64,000 nucleotides of DNA from Squalus acanthias (GCA_030390025.1 CM059433.1:6448001-6512000), one strand, 5' to 3'. Numbered from the stretch's first letter, positions 24,410 through 36,128 are shown. Numbers and translations: made by a program. Notes: generated by a model from the sequence alone, not told the origin.

Positions 24410-25735
24410 TTGCGCCTCCCGTTAGCGCCTTAAGAGGGCGCTAATGGGGCGCAAAGCCGCTAACGCCCGGGCGCAGCGATGTTTGTGCCGCTCGGGAACT
24501 TAACTAGAGATTGTGCGGCGGCGCTAAACTTTACCGCTGCGACCACCTGCGCGCGCAGATTGTGACGTCATTCCATGGTGCAACGCCCTTGTGGCGCCCC
24601 GGAGCGGAAATTGAGTGGCGCCCCCTGCCTTACTGCCTGGCGCATCCAACGACCAGAAGACTGGAACGCTATCAATCACTGTGGGGCTGGGGGGGGCGCT
24701 ATTAAAAGGGGGCCTCTTCCTGTCTTTTATTGTTGGTGGCATTTTTGAACTACGCATTCTGAGAGAGAGAGGGAGAGACTTCTGGAGAGATTCAACGCTG
24801 TGTGAAGGAGTTTTGGGTACTGAGCAGCACTTTGCAGGTTCATTTTGATTTGCCATTCCTTGTATCGATTTAGCAGAGACTGTGGGAGCTGCACTCTGAG
24901 CTCTTTGCCTGGTACTCTCCATTGTTCTTTCCAGCACATTTGATGTGCAAGTCTCTCCAGACCGAGATTCAAGGCTGCAATGAACAGGATGTGGATGGAA
25001 AGCAAGATTAACCATCCCCTTTAAGAACTGGCCCGTGCCATTGTGTGTGTGTTCCATTGCTGACTGACATTACATGAGCTTCGCCAGCGCTCTGAGTTAG
25101 CGCCTCACTCCTTGGCCTTTGCATAGAAACATAGAAACATAGAATCTAGGAGCAGGAGTAGGCCATTCGGCCCGTCGAGCCTGCTCCGCCATTCAATACG
25201 ATCATGGCTGATCATCCAAATCCAGTACCCTGTCCCTGCTTTAATCCCCACAGTACACATATCCCACCCTACCCCCGTAACCCCGTAACCCCACGTAACC
25301 CCACTTATTTAATTCCCCCTAACATATCCCATCCTATCCCCATAACCCCACATATTTAATCCCCCCTAACACTAAGGGTCAATTTATCATAGCCAAATCA
25401 ACCTAACCCGCACATTTTTGGACTGTGGGAGGAAACCGGAGCACCCGGAGGAAACCCACGCAGACACGGGGAGAATGTGCAAACTCCACACAGACAGTCA
25501 CCCGAGGTCAGATTCGAACCCGGGTCTCTGGCGCTGTGAGGCACCAGTGCTAACCACTATGCCACCGTGTTTGCGCCTTAAGACAGGTGTGCAGCGCCTG
25601 ATTTAGCGCTCCACTCACCTCCCGGGGCGGTAAAAGTGAAGTTTCCAGTCAGTGCCGATAATTAGCGCCAGGCGCTAATATTTGCGTCCAGACGATATTT
25701 GCGCCCCAAATGGGGCGCGACCTAATTTCTACCCC
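24410..25735 (-). mobile_element. MITE family M, reverse orientation, containing a SINE
   Basis: Reverse complement of 41205-42075. TIR aatttctacccc ends at 25735. Confidence 0.88.
25123..25569 (-). mobile_element. HE1-type V-SINE with a duplicated tail segment and a different CR1 3' end
   Basis: Head and V-domain as at 12404. CR1 3' UTR at 25123-25250. Flanked by tttgc (25118-25122, 25570-25574). Confidence 0.82.
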
Positions 25736-25994
25736 TTGGACTATAACCTGGTGTTGTGCGACTTCTCACTTTTGCTAGATGTAAGCATACTAAGTGAAAT
25801 GAGTTTGGATAGTCTCAATCCTGATGTGGATAGTTTTTTTTTCAGAAAATAATATTTTGGGATACAATATATGAGTCATTTGAGGCATGACATGTGGTAA
25901 GTGTAGCAGGCGTGAGAGGAAAAAGGTGACTGTGGGCCTATGATTCCCAAAGCTTTCCATTACTGGCGTTTTCCTCGTGTAATTTCTGGGTCTA

Positions 25995-26118
25995 GAAACA
26001 TAGAAACATAGAAAAGTAGGAGCAGGAGTGGGCCATTTGGCCCTTCGAGCCTGCTCCGCCATTCAATATGATCATGGCTGATCCTCTATCTCAATACCAT
26101 ATTCCCGCTCTCTCCCCA
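25995..26118 (-). mobile_element. CR1 3' tail
   Basis: (catagaaa)n tail and CR1 3' UTR. Confidence 0.85.
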
Positions 26119-26569
26119 GTCTGTTGTAGACTGATTGATTGATAGGGTTAGTCAACAGCTCCATTATCATTGTGTCCTGCGACTTCGCCAGGATGGTAGA
26201 GCGCGAACCAGATGGACCTTGGTCTTTTCTCGTTCTAGCAATTCCGACATTCTTATGTGCAGCCACATATAGGCCGGAATCTTGACCTTGGAGTCGGGCT
26301 GCGTGTGTGCGGGCCGCGTCGCGGGTTGGGAACCCGAAGATGTGGACAGCGCGTTCTGTACTGCGCGTTAAACTTAACGGCCCCAATTCAAACACTCATG
26401 TGCGTTTCCCGACCCAATTAAATGGAGCAGGTCTGATGACGTCACCAAGGACTCGTTTTCAGCGCCGATATTTAAAGCAGCTTTGCACACGTCTCATTTG
26501 AAGGTTGATGTAGGAGTGCATAAGGTGGTTTCCAGAAGTCGCGCAATAAAACTGATAAAACTGTGGGTC

Positions 26570-26806
26570 ATGGAGACGAGGCAGAGGGCAGCGCCAAGAT
26601 TCAACGATGCCTTCCTGGAAGTCCTGGTGCAGGCAGTAAGAGCACGCAGGGAGGTCCTCGTCCCTGGCGATCGACGAAAACGACCACCCAAAGACACAGA
26701 AAGGGCCTGGCTAGAGATCGCAGAGGAGGTCAGCAGCAGCGATGTCGTCAGTAGGATGTGGATCCAGTGCCAGAAAAGATTCAATGATCTCATGAGGTCA
26801 GGAAAG
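26570..26806 (+). CDS. Harbinger Myb/SANT-like DNA-binding protein, exon 1
   Basis: METRQRAAPRFNDAFLEVLVQAVRARREVL..AWLEIAEEVSS..RMWIQCQKRFNDLMRSGK, 79 open codons, phase-0 GTGAGT donor at 26807. Confidence 0.8.
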
Positions 26807-27140
26807 GTGAGTGCAATGCCACACTCACCTACATCCTGATGTGCCTGTCACCACAACCCCATCACTCTGCCTTCCCAAGCCTACTCCTGCACATCATTCC
26901 TCACAGCAACATACCTTGCAGGTCCACCCATCCTTCTCAATGTACATACTCACATCTCCATCTGACTAACCATCCCTGACACTCACCCTCATCCTAAAGC
27001 AATCATAGCAAGTAACACCACAGGAGGAGGCCATTTGGCAATGTCACGCCACTCCCTCATAGTCACCCTCTACAGCCCATCCATTCCTTACATTCATTCC
27101 ATCACTCGCACTCAAAGTTCTCTTCTTTCCCTCCTTGCAG

Positions 27141-27292
27141 GAGAAGAGAGCCCATAACAATAGGGAGAGGCAGAGAGCCGGAGGTGGCCCTCCAGTCTTC
27201 AGTCAATTGACTCCAGCAGAGGAGGAGGCCCTAGAGATCTCTGGAGTTGCAGAGCTGCTGGTGGTGAGAGACGGAGACCTCCCAGCAACCTG
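27141..27292 (+). CDS. Harbinger Myb/SANT-like protein, exon 2
   Basis: Polypyrimidine tract ending ccttgcag. In-frame EKRAHNNRERQRAGGGPP..LTPAEEEALEISG. The 3' donor position is approximate. Confidence 0.72.
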
Positions 27293-27344
27293 GTGACAGA
27301 ATTAAATCTCATACAGCCACATGGCATACAACAGTCACTCATAT

Positions 27345-28079
27345 AACAACAACAACAACTTGTATTTATATAGCGCCTTTAACGTAGTAAAACATCCCAA
27401 GGTGCTTCACAGGAGTATTATAAGACAAAAAATTTGACACCGATCCACATAAGGAGAAATTAGGGTAGGTGACCAAAAGCTTGGCCAAAGAGGTAGGTTT
27501 TAAGAAGCATCTTAAAGGAGGAACGAGAGGTAGCGAGGCGGAGAGGTTTAGGCAGGGAATTCCAGAGCTTAGGGCCTAGGCAACAGAAGGCACGGCCACC
27601 AATGGTGGAGCGATTATAATCAGGGATGCTCAAGAGGGCAGAATTTGAGGAGCGCAGATATCTCGGGGTGGTTGTGGAGCTGGAGGAGATTACAGAGATA
27701 GGGAGGGGCAAGGCCATGGAGGGATTTGAAAACAAGGATGAGAATTTCAAAATCGAGGTGTTGCTTAACAGGGAGCCAATGTAGGTCAGCGAGCACAGGG
27801 GGTGATGGGTGAACGGGACCGAGTTTTGGATGACCTCAAGTTTACGTAGAGTTTACGTAGAGTAGAACGAGAGAAGTGGTAGTGAGGTAGAACTGGGTGT
27901 CGTCAGCGTACATGTGGAAACTGATGCTGTGTTTTCGGATGATGTCGCCAAGGGGCAACATGTAGATGAGAAATAGGAGGGGCCAAGGATCGATCCTTGG
28001 GGGGCACCAGAGGTAACGATGCAGGAAGAGAAGCCATTGCAGGTGATTCTCTGGCTACGATTAGATAGATAAGAATGGA
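27345..28079 (-). mobile_element. L2-type LINE 3' part inserted in the Harbinger Myb gene
   Basis: [19 protein letters not shown] and TIGGRAF..GPKLWNSLP..FKMLLKTYLF. Tail gcgctatataaatacaag(ttg)n. Confidence 0.9.
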
Positions 28080-28925
28080 ACCTGGCACCTCGGTGGGTAC
28101 AGGGAGACATGGAGTAGTGTTGTCACCTGGTGTCTCACACTGCACATGTGAGCAAGAGCAGATGGTGTTGACAGGAACAGCAGTGGAGACTCCTCGCTGG
28201 AGGGTGCAGGACGCTCCAAGCTCTGCTGAGCTGCATGCAGACGCTGAACCTCGGAAGCCATCGAGAAAGAGGGTGATCTTGGAAGGGCAGCAACAACTGC
28301 ATGAGGCTCTGGCAGCTTTTGCAGCTGTGATGTCTGCAAATGTGCAGAGAATGGAGGAGTCCATCTCCAACATGAGCACCACCATGTCACAGGCAATGGC
28401 AACGATGTGCTGTTCCATGGAAAGGATGGCCACCTGCATGGAGCAGCAAATGCGCCAGTCACATGAGCATATGCTTGCTGTGGACAACAGATTGCAGACG
28501 CTCATTGACCTCATCTCAAGGAGGGATATAAACGTAGACTTGAGCGTTCATCGTCCCACTGCTGTACAGCAAGGTACGCTCCAGCTCTTGCTCACAGGGA
28601 AGTGTGGGTGGCCCATGAGAGGGATGATGGTGAGAGGGGACATGGAAGTGGGGGCTCTTCTCAAAGCGCTCCCACTTTTCACCCGTTGCCTCCCCCTCAG
28701 TTAGTACCCCACATGCTTCCTCAGATCCCGATGACCTAGTCTGCCCCTGCACAGTTGCAGGAGGAGCAGACTTTGGCGGGGCCCTCACAGGTTACAAAAC
28801 CCATAGGACGCCCGCCAAAAGTGCCTAACCAGTCGCAGCAGGGAAGTGAGCAGCCTGCCTCTACCTCTGCTGAAGCCACAGGGGTTTGCACCTCGTAGAA
28901 GCACTCGGAAAAGAAAAAATAAATA
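28080..28925 (+). pseudogene. Downstream coding remnant of the Harbinger Myb-like gene (coiled coil, basic C-terminus)
   Basis: Open frame 28075-28704 with heptad-like VQRMEESISNM..MERMATCMEQQM. RRSTRKRK near 28900. Confidence 0.55.
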
Positions 28926-29209
28926 ATCCTAGATGCACAAGGGTATGCACATGGGTGTATGAAAAAATGTTAGTGATAAGTTTCAGATCTATTTATGACA
29001 CAGATAAATGTATTTCGTTGCACCACTTTCCGGTCTTGTCCACTTTTGCCTGCTACCTGGGAAGTGTCCTTGTCACTTGGAGTGAATGGTGAGACATTAG
29101 TTAACCTCGAGCTATGGGAGATTGGGTGAGAGGAATGGCTTGGTCATTGTAGGGCTGCTTTATGGTGTTGTTGGGAGTGGAGGTGAACTTAGTACAGCAT
29201 ATGGCAACC

Positions 29210-29408
29210 ATATGGGTGCATTGGAGAAAGTGAAGTAAATCTGACCATTATGAGGCCATCCCCACTCAGGTTCCTCCTCCTCCTCGTCTTCCACCTGTTC
29301 CTCCTCCTCCTCCTCCTCTGAAGAGGCTGTGCGCTCTGCGCCTTGCTCCACCTGCTACTCTAATCCTCGCTGCTGCACTTTGTTGTGAAGTGCGCAGCAA
29401 ATGACGAT
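29210..29408 (-). pseudogene. HARBI1-type transposase C-terminal fragment
   Basis: Minus-strand IVICCALHNKVQQRG followed by an acidic E-rich tract. Confidence 0.72.
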
Positions 29409-30433
29409 GGCCGGATTTTGCCGGTGCTCAGCGGATGGGATGGGTGGCAGGTCAGCTGTCAAATTTAAAATGATTGACAGCAGGTCGGGAACCCGCTGTC
29501 AAAACGTGCACACTGGACTTTCTTGATGTCGGGTCTGCCAGCGCTGAGCAGACCTGACAGGCAGCGGCGGGGGAGGCAATTAAAATCATTAGTGGCTTGT
29601 TTAGAACCACTTATCCATGGTTTTTTCCCAGCTTTTTGGATTTGACAGGTCACCCACCGGTTTCCCGCTGTGCCTAGATCTCGTCTGTGAAGCTGAGGCA
29701 GGAGGTCATTGGCCATTGAATCAGCTGTTGAGTTGATAGCTTCAAATGTCAAGTCAAAACTCCCAGCTGATTGAGAAATGTTTCCTTAACCATTAGCTTC
29801 TCTAAACTGCATTTCCACAACAGATTCAGGATGCTGCAAGTTTTTACACAAGTCTCCATCCAGTCTCACCTCATTACCTCTCTCACCATTGACAGATCGC
29901 TTCTGTCATCTCTACTTCACCTGCCATCTATTCCAGCAGCATCGGTGCCCTTTATACTCTCTCACCTTGGTCCTCAGAATCCCACCACGATCAGCCCCAA
30001 CACCAGCAGCACCAGTCACACCAGCAGCACCAACAACAACACCAACCTTCTCCGCAATCAACTGATGCTGCACAGGACAGAGGGCATCAGCACCCGAGCA
30101 CATTGCTGCCCGGGAGGCCAGGGGCAACCTCACCATGGCCAGATTTACTTCACTTGATGCTGTGCACCCTGGCTGCCACATGATGCACTGGGTTGGCACC
30201 ACCCCACACCAACAACATAAAGCATCCCTACAATGCCCAAGCCATTCCCTTCACACTCATCACCATTGCGGGGGGTACCATTATGTCTCATCATTCACTG
30301 CAACTCAAAGCCACTTCCAAAGGTGCACACAAATCTGTCCAAGAACACAAATTGTTGAAAATAAAGGTTTCAATGTTTGACACCACATTAACAGAAACTT
30401 TACATGAACATTGCATAAACCACCCAAGTGCCT

Positions 30434-31293
30434 GGATGTGGTCAGGAGGACCAGGCTGCAGTGCCGCAAACATTTCAGTGATCTCAGTAGATTAGGAAAC
30501 GTTAGTACAAAGCCACACTCAACCTCATCCTGCTGTGCCTCTCATCACATCCCCATCACTCTGCCTTCTCTACCCTACTCCTGCACATCCTTACTCACAC
30601 CAACTTACCTTGCACTTCCACCCATCCCATTCTATATACATTATCACATCCCCATCTCACTAGCCACCCCTCACACTCACCCTCATCCTAGTCCAATCAT
30701 ACCAACTAACAACACACAAGTACGATAGCAAAATACTGCGGATGCTGGAAATCCGAAATAACAACAGAAAACGCTGGAAAAACTCAGCAGGCCAGGCAGC
30801 ATCCGTGGAGAGAGAAACAGAGTTAACGTTTCAGGTCGAAGACCCTTCGTCAGAACCCTGCTTTTTTCCAGTTCTAATGAAGGGTCTTCGACCTGAAACG
30901 TTAACTCTGTTTCTCTCTCCATGGGTGCTGCCTGGCCTGCTGAGTTTTTCCAGCATTTTCTGTTGTTATTTCGGATTTCCAGCATCCGCAGTATTTTGCT
31001 ATCGTACTTGTGTGTTGTTAGTTGGTATGCTTGGACTAGGATGAGGGTGAGTGTGAGGGGTGGCTAGTGAGATGGGGATGTGATAATGTAGATAGAGGGG
31101 GATGGGTGGAGGTGCAAGGTAAGTTGGTGTGAGTAAGGATGTGCAGGAGTAGGGTAGGGAAGGCAGAGTGATGGGGGTGTGATGAGTGGCACAGCAGGAT
31201 GAGGTTGATTGTGACTTTGTACTAACGTTTCCTAATCTACTGAGATCACTGAAACGTTTGCGGCACTGCAGCCTGGTCCTCCTGACCACATCC
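30434..31293. repeat. Long palindrome: 423-bp arms (30434-30856, 30871-31293) with a 14-nt spacer
   Basis: The arms are reverse complements with scattered substitutions. The near-identical ORF translations on opposite strands reflect this. Confidence 0.95.
30721..31006. mobile_element. PLE family A inverted pair of termini at the palindrome centre
   Basis: Two 136-nt copies of the family A terminus. The hammerhead core is intact on minus (30821-30856) and mutated on plus (CTAATGA). Confidence 0.9.
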
Positions 31294-32392
31294 CTGCTTG
31301 TGCCCTCCTCTGCGATGTGCAACCAGGCTGTGTTGATCTCCTGGGGAGTTCTCTTCTGCCCATGGGAAGGGAAGAGGACCTCCCTGCATGCTGTGACTCC
31401 CTCCATAAGCAGGAGCGGGCTTCAATGCGCTTGAGCCAAGTCCCCCGGAGAGTGGGGCCCGGACTTTGGGGCCCAAAGACAGAGAGTGGGTCCTGGACAA
31501 TGGGGCTCGGAGGTTGATCTGGCCTCAATCGGGGGTCTGCCCGCCCGCCACTGGTGGTCACAAGAACATCGCAGGGCTTTTAGTTGGTTTGTTCCATCAA
31601 TATACAGGCGGAACTACTGGTAATGCCTTTAGGTTAGCGGCAGCCTCCCCTGTCCCCTCCCCTGTATATTGAGAGGAGTGGAATAGTCGCCGCCACTGTC
31701 CCCTGTAAGGTGCGGGGGTCCGCGGCCGCGCACTGATCTGCAAGAACCCGCGCACTTAAATTCAAAGGCTGCGCAGCGAGCGCACATTGAGCTGGAGCAG
31801 GGGGGGGGGGGGGAGGTGGGGCCCAACACACAATGGCCTGGGAATCCTCACAGAGAGTCGTCTGTGACCTCAGAGTCAGAGCTGATCCGAATCGGAACGG
31901 CATTTGCTAAAATACGGAGCCCTGGAAGCCGACGAGCGCTGTCTCGGGATTCAGTCAGTACTTTGTTCTGTGGAGACGTGTAGTCCGTTCCCGGGGACTG
32001 AGCGGCAGCCGCACTTTGGAACAACACAGGTGGAGGTGCAGCACATGTACAATGGCCGCTGGAAGGAGGCTAAAGCAAACAATTTTTAGGCCCCTGGTGA
32101 AACAAAATATCACAATTTTTTTTTTAAATTCGGAAAATTGTTTAAAGAAGGAAAAAAATAGGGGAAAGTGATGTTGAATGTCCCGCGGTAAGTTCCAGTT
32201 AAATTTTGCCCGGTGTTGTCCCCTTTTTGAAAGAGTCTATCAGGGTTATTTAAATCATGTTGCGAGAGAGGGGAGAAGGTTTGTGCCCCTGTTTGTACCT
32301 CAGAGTCTGTGAGAGACGGAGGGAACGGCAGCAGAAAAAGAGGAAACAACTTCTCCAAAACTGATCCCAACTCAGCACCATGGCTGGGGATC

Positions 32393-32466
32393 AAAGTGAA
32401 TAAAGTGGTTAAACTCCCCAATCCTGCCTTCTTAGGATTGGGGAGTTTAACCACTTTATTCACTTT
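32393..32466. repeat. Perfect 33-bp inverted repeat with an 8-nt loop
   Basis: aaagtgaataaagtggttaaactccccaatcct-gccttctt-aggattggggagtttaaccactttattcacttt. Confidence 0.97.
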
Positions 32467-32747
32467 CTTATTTGAGCTCCGTTTGGAATTAGAGTTTATT
32501 TTGGGTTTTTTTTGTTGTATGTTTAACAACAGTGTTGAAGAAGGAAAGAGAAACTTGGAGCAACTTCATCTGTCAAAGCTGCAACGAGACTTGAAAAATG
32601 TAAAGATGTTTCATGAACTTTTCACAAAAAATTAGTGTTAAAAACACTTTTTCCCCCCTAAGTTTCGAATATGATTTTGGAAGAAACAAGCAAAAATCAG
32701 TTTTCCCCTCATCTGAAAAAGTTTCAACCAGGTCTTGGAGTCCAAAC

Positions 32748-33652
32748 GTTGAGTTGTGAGGAGGATGCAAAGAGGCTTCAAAGCGATTTAGACAAGTTGA
32801 GTGAGTGGGCACATACATGGCAGATGCAGTATAACGTGGATAAATGTGAAGTTATCCACTTCGGTAGGAAAAACAGAAAGGCAGAGTATTATTTAAATAG
32901 TGATAGATTGGGAAATGCTGATGTACAAAGGGACCTGGGTGTCCTTGTACACCAGTCACTGAAAGCAAACATGCAGGTGCAGCAAGCAGTTAGGAAGGCA
33001 AATGGTATGTTGGCCTTCATTGCAAGAGGATTTGAGTACAGGAGCAAGGATGTCTTACTACAGTTATACAGGGCCTTGGTGAGACCACACCTGGAGTAGT
33101 GTGTACAGTTTTGGTCTCCTTACCTAAGAAAGGATATACTTGCCATAGAGGGAGTGCAGCGAAGGTTCACCAGACTGATTCCTGGGATGGCAGGACTGTC
33201 GCATGAGGAGAGATTGTGTTGACTAGGCCCGTATTCACTAGAGTTTAGAAGAATGAGAGGGGATCTCATTGAAATGTATAAAATTCTGACAGGGCTAGAC
33301 AGACTGGATGCAGGGAGGATGTTTCCCCTGGCTGGGGGGTCTAGAACGAGGGGTCACCGTCTCAGGATACGGGGTAGGACATTTAGGACTGAGATGAGGA
33401 GAAATTTCTTCACTCAGGGGGTGGTGAACCTGTGGAATTCTCTACCACAGAAGGCTGTGGAGGCCAAGTCACTGAATATATTTAAGAAGGAGATAGATAG
33501 ATTTCTAGACACAAAAGGCATCAAGGGGTATGGGGAGAGAGCGGGAATATGGTATTGAGATAGAGGATCAGCCATGATCATATTGAATGGCGGAGCAGGC
33601 TCGAAGGGCCGAATGGCCGACTCCTGCTCCTATTTTTCTATGTTTCTATGTT
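32748..33652 (+). mobile_element. CR1 LINE 3' portion
   Basis: LQSDLDKLSEWA..WQMQYNVDKC..RPHLE, in-frame stops, tail (tctatgtt)n. Confidence 0.95.
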
Positions 33653-34885
33653 TAAAGAGGTTCTGAAATGCTTAAACCGTTTAAAAATGGAAATTTCTCA
33701 ATATTTGATTTTGAGTGATCAAGTGAAGTGAGTAGCTATACACAAACATGCAGCCATGCTGTTGAGGAGGGGAGGGGAGGATTTGTAGGGGTTACATATG
33801 ACATTTTATTGACTTTTTAAAATATATTAAAACATTTAGGAAGAGAACCAATAAAGGGGAAAAATACAAACCATTTTACTTTGTCTATTGTTCTATAGTC
33901 CTAACAAATCCCAGGAATAATGTAAATCTAGATTTCCTCTTAAACATTTAGAGTAGTGTTAATAGAAACAAAATTTATCTAATGATGTATAAAAATTGCA
34001 GGAAGCTACTTTAGAAGAAACCACTATTTATTAAGAAAGACACAGAAAATACTTGATTAAACTGATAATGTACAATTTCAATTTGGTATAAATGTTTAAA
34101 ATAGGAGATTAAAAATTGGGAGTACAATGAAGTTTGTTTCCCGCTATTTAATTGCGAAGTACCTAAAATAATTTGACACTTTTCGTGATAAGAGCCGGGA
34201 TTAATATCGTGGAGAATGTTTGAGAGAAAAACATTCGAAGCAATATTCGTAAATTAACATCTTTATGCCAACATATTAGTAAACATTTCCAAGTCAGTCT
34301 GATTGGTTCTCCTGTCCAGGAAGAAAGATGAATGTTTATTTCTGTTAAATCATAGCTTTTCCTGCTTTTTGTTTTTAATTCGGTGACGCAAATTGTGTAT
34401 GTGTTTTTCTGCACTTGTGAATAAGTGCTGCATTTCTGACATGGTTCAAGAAATGTCTATCATGCTTTGCAGATGTTTTAGAGAAAAGCGAAACACTTCT
34501 CAGAATTGGAGAAGCCACCTACTCCCTCCCAGTTATATTGTTTCTCGGAATGACTTGTGCCTTGCCTTCTCATTTGTTGTCACTAGGTCGAACCTGTAAC
34601 TAACTAGTGTGATCCTCTTCTCCTTTGAATGGCCAATTCTTCTGCTTAGGAAATGGAGCGGATAATAATCCATCGACATCCTGCGTGGTGTACTTTTAGT
34701 CGGTCTCGTGGACTGTCTCTTTTTCACTTTAGACTCGCTGCTCTTATGCCATTCTTGCTGGCAAAAATCAAGTTTTTCAGTAACTTTCCATTCTCCCTCT
34801 CCCATGGTTACACAGTCTGATGCTACCAAACAGCGCTCTGGGATAAAGTTTTCGCTTTGGGCACAATCGACGATTCCGGTGCAAA

Positions 34886-35440
34886 TATAGGGCCTTGGTG
34901 AGACCACACCTGGAATATTGTGTACAGTTTTGGTCTCCTTACCGAAGGAAGGATATACTTGCCTTGGAGGGAGTGCAACGAAGGTTCACCAGACTGGTCC
35001 CTGGGATGAGGGGGGATTGTCCTATGAGGAGAGATTGAGTAGACTGGACCTATATTCTCTGGAGTTTAGAAGAATGAGAGGTGATCTCATTGAAACATAC
35101 AGAATTCTTACAGGGCTTGACAGGGTAGATGCAGGGAGGATGTTTCCCCCTGGCTGGGGAGTCTAGAACCAGGGGTCACAGTCTCAGAATAAGGGGTCGG
35201 CCATTTAGGACTGAGATGAGAAATTTCTTCACTCAGAGGGTGATGAATCTTTGGAATTCTCTACCCCAGAGGGCTGTGGAGGCTCAGTCGTTGAGTATAT
35301 TCAAGACTGAGATCGCTAGATTTTTGGATACTAATGGAATCAAGGGATCTGGGGATAGTGCGGGAAGGTGGAGATGAGGTAGAAGATCAGGCTCGAAGGG
35401 CTGAATGGCCTACTGCTGCTCCTAGTTCTTATGTCCTTAT
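34886..35440 (+). mobile_element. CR1 LINE 3' fragment
   Basis: [32 protein letters not shown]. Confidence 0.92.
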
Positions 35441-35839
35441 TAATGGAAGTTTTTGTTCAGTTCTTTTTAATACTGCGAACTAAAGAACTACAGCAGTTTA
35501 TATTTGTTGGTTGTCTGGTTGCATTGTGATTAATATTCTGATTACTTATGTGGACATACAGCACGTCAGTGCCATAGGAAAGCCACTGCTCCTGCTGCTT
35601 GTGCAGCCACTGCTATAGTGACATGAGGGATGGGCTAATGTGTTGAAAACTTTAAAATTAATACGAATAGATTTGCCTCTTTCAGCTCACCCCGGGCTTT
35701 TGGATTGTTTGTCGATGCACAACCGTGTAACTGAGTGAGGTTTGCAGTTCTTTTATATCCCAGTCATTTCTGACAAGTAATTCTTTTTTAAAAATAGGGT
35801 TTGTACATGACGAACTAAAAACTTTTAATTGATTCTACC

Positions 35840-36128
35840 GTAAACAAACTTGCAGAATGGGCGTGTAAATGACAAATTAATTTCAATATAGATAAGTGTG
35901 AGGTGGTGCATTTTGGTCGGAGGAATAAGGAGGCCACCTACTCCTTGGAAAGTAAGAGTCTAAATGGGGTAGAGGTGCGAAGGGATCTCGGGGTATAGAT
36001 TCACAAATCATTAAAAATAGCAACGCAGATTAAAAAACCATAAAAGTGCAAATAAAGCACGGGGTTTCATATCTAGAGGAATAGAATTCAAAAGCAGAGA
36101 AGTTATGTTAAACTTGTATCGAACCTTG
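35840..36128 (+). mobile_element. Degraded CR1 RT fragment
   Basis: gataagtgtgaggtggtgcattttgg..agagggaatagaattcaaaagcagagaagttatg resembles the other CR1 copies. Confidence 0.75.

Larger units (their letters stand above)
24351..25772 (+). mobile_element. Short PLE family B terminus split by a MITE (pieces 24351-24409 and 25736-25772)
   Basis: The two pieces join to the family B consensus. 7-bp TSD tgctaga (24344-24350, 25773-25779). Confidence 0.82.
26271..29408. mobile_element. PIF/Harbinger transposon: Myb-like gene (+) convergent with a transposase 3' end (-)
   Basis: Terminus aggccggaatctt, spliced Myb/SANT-like ORF, and a HARBI1-like C-terminal motif on the minus strand. Confidence 0.85.
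29409..31405. mobile_element. Non-autonomous Harbinger (same family as 43546-45260), right end missing
   Basis: Terminus ggccggattttgccgg and colinear with the 43546 copy. Minus-strand Myb exon VTACREVLFP..AWLHIAEE..RTRLQCRKRFSDL. Confidence 0.82.

Noticed and set aside
30683..31044. Near-identical 100-aa ORFs on both strands
   Set aside because: A by-product of the palindrome over non-coding PLE termini.
34533..34907. 124-aa minus-strand ORF
   Set aside because: It starts inside a CR1 fragment and has no recognisable motif or clear splice sites.
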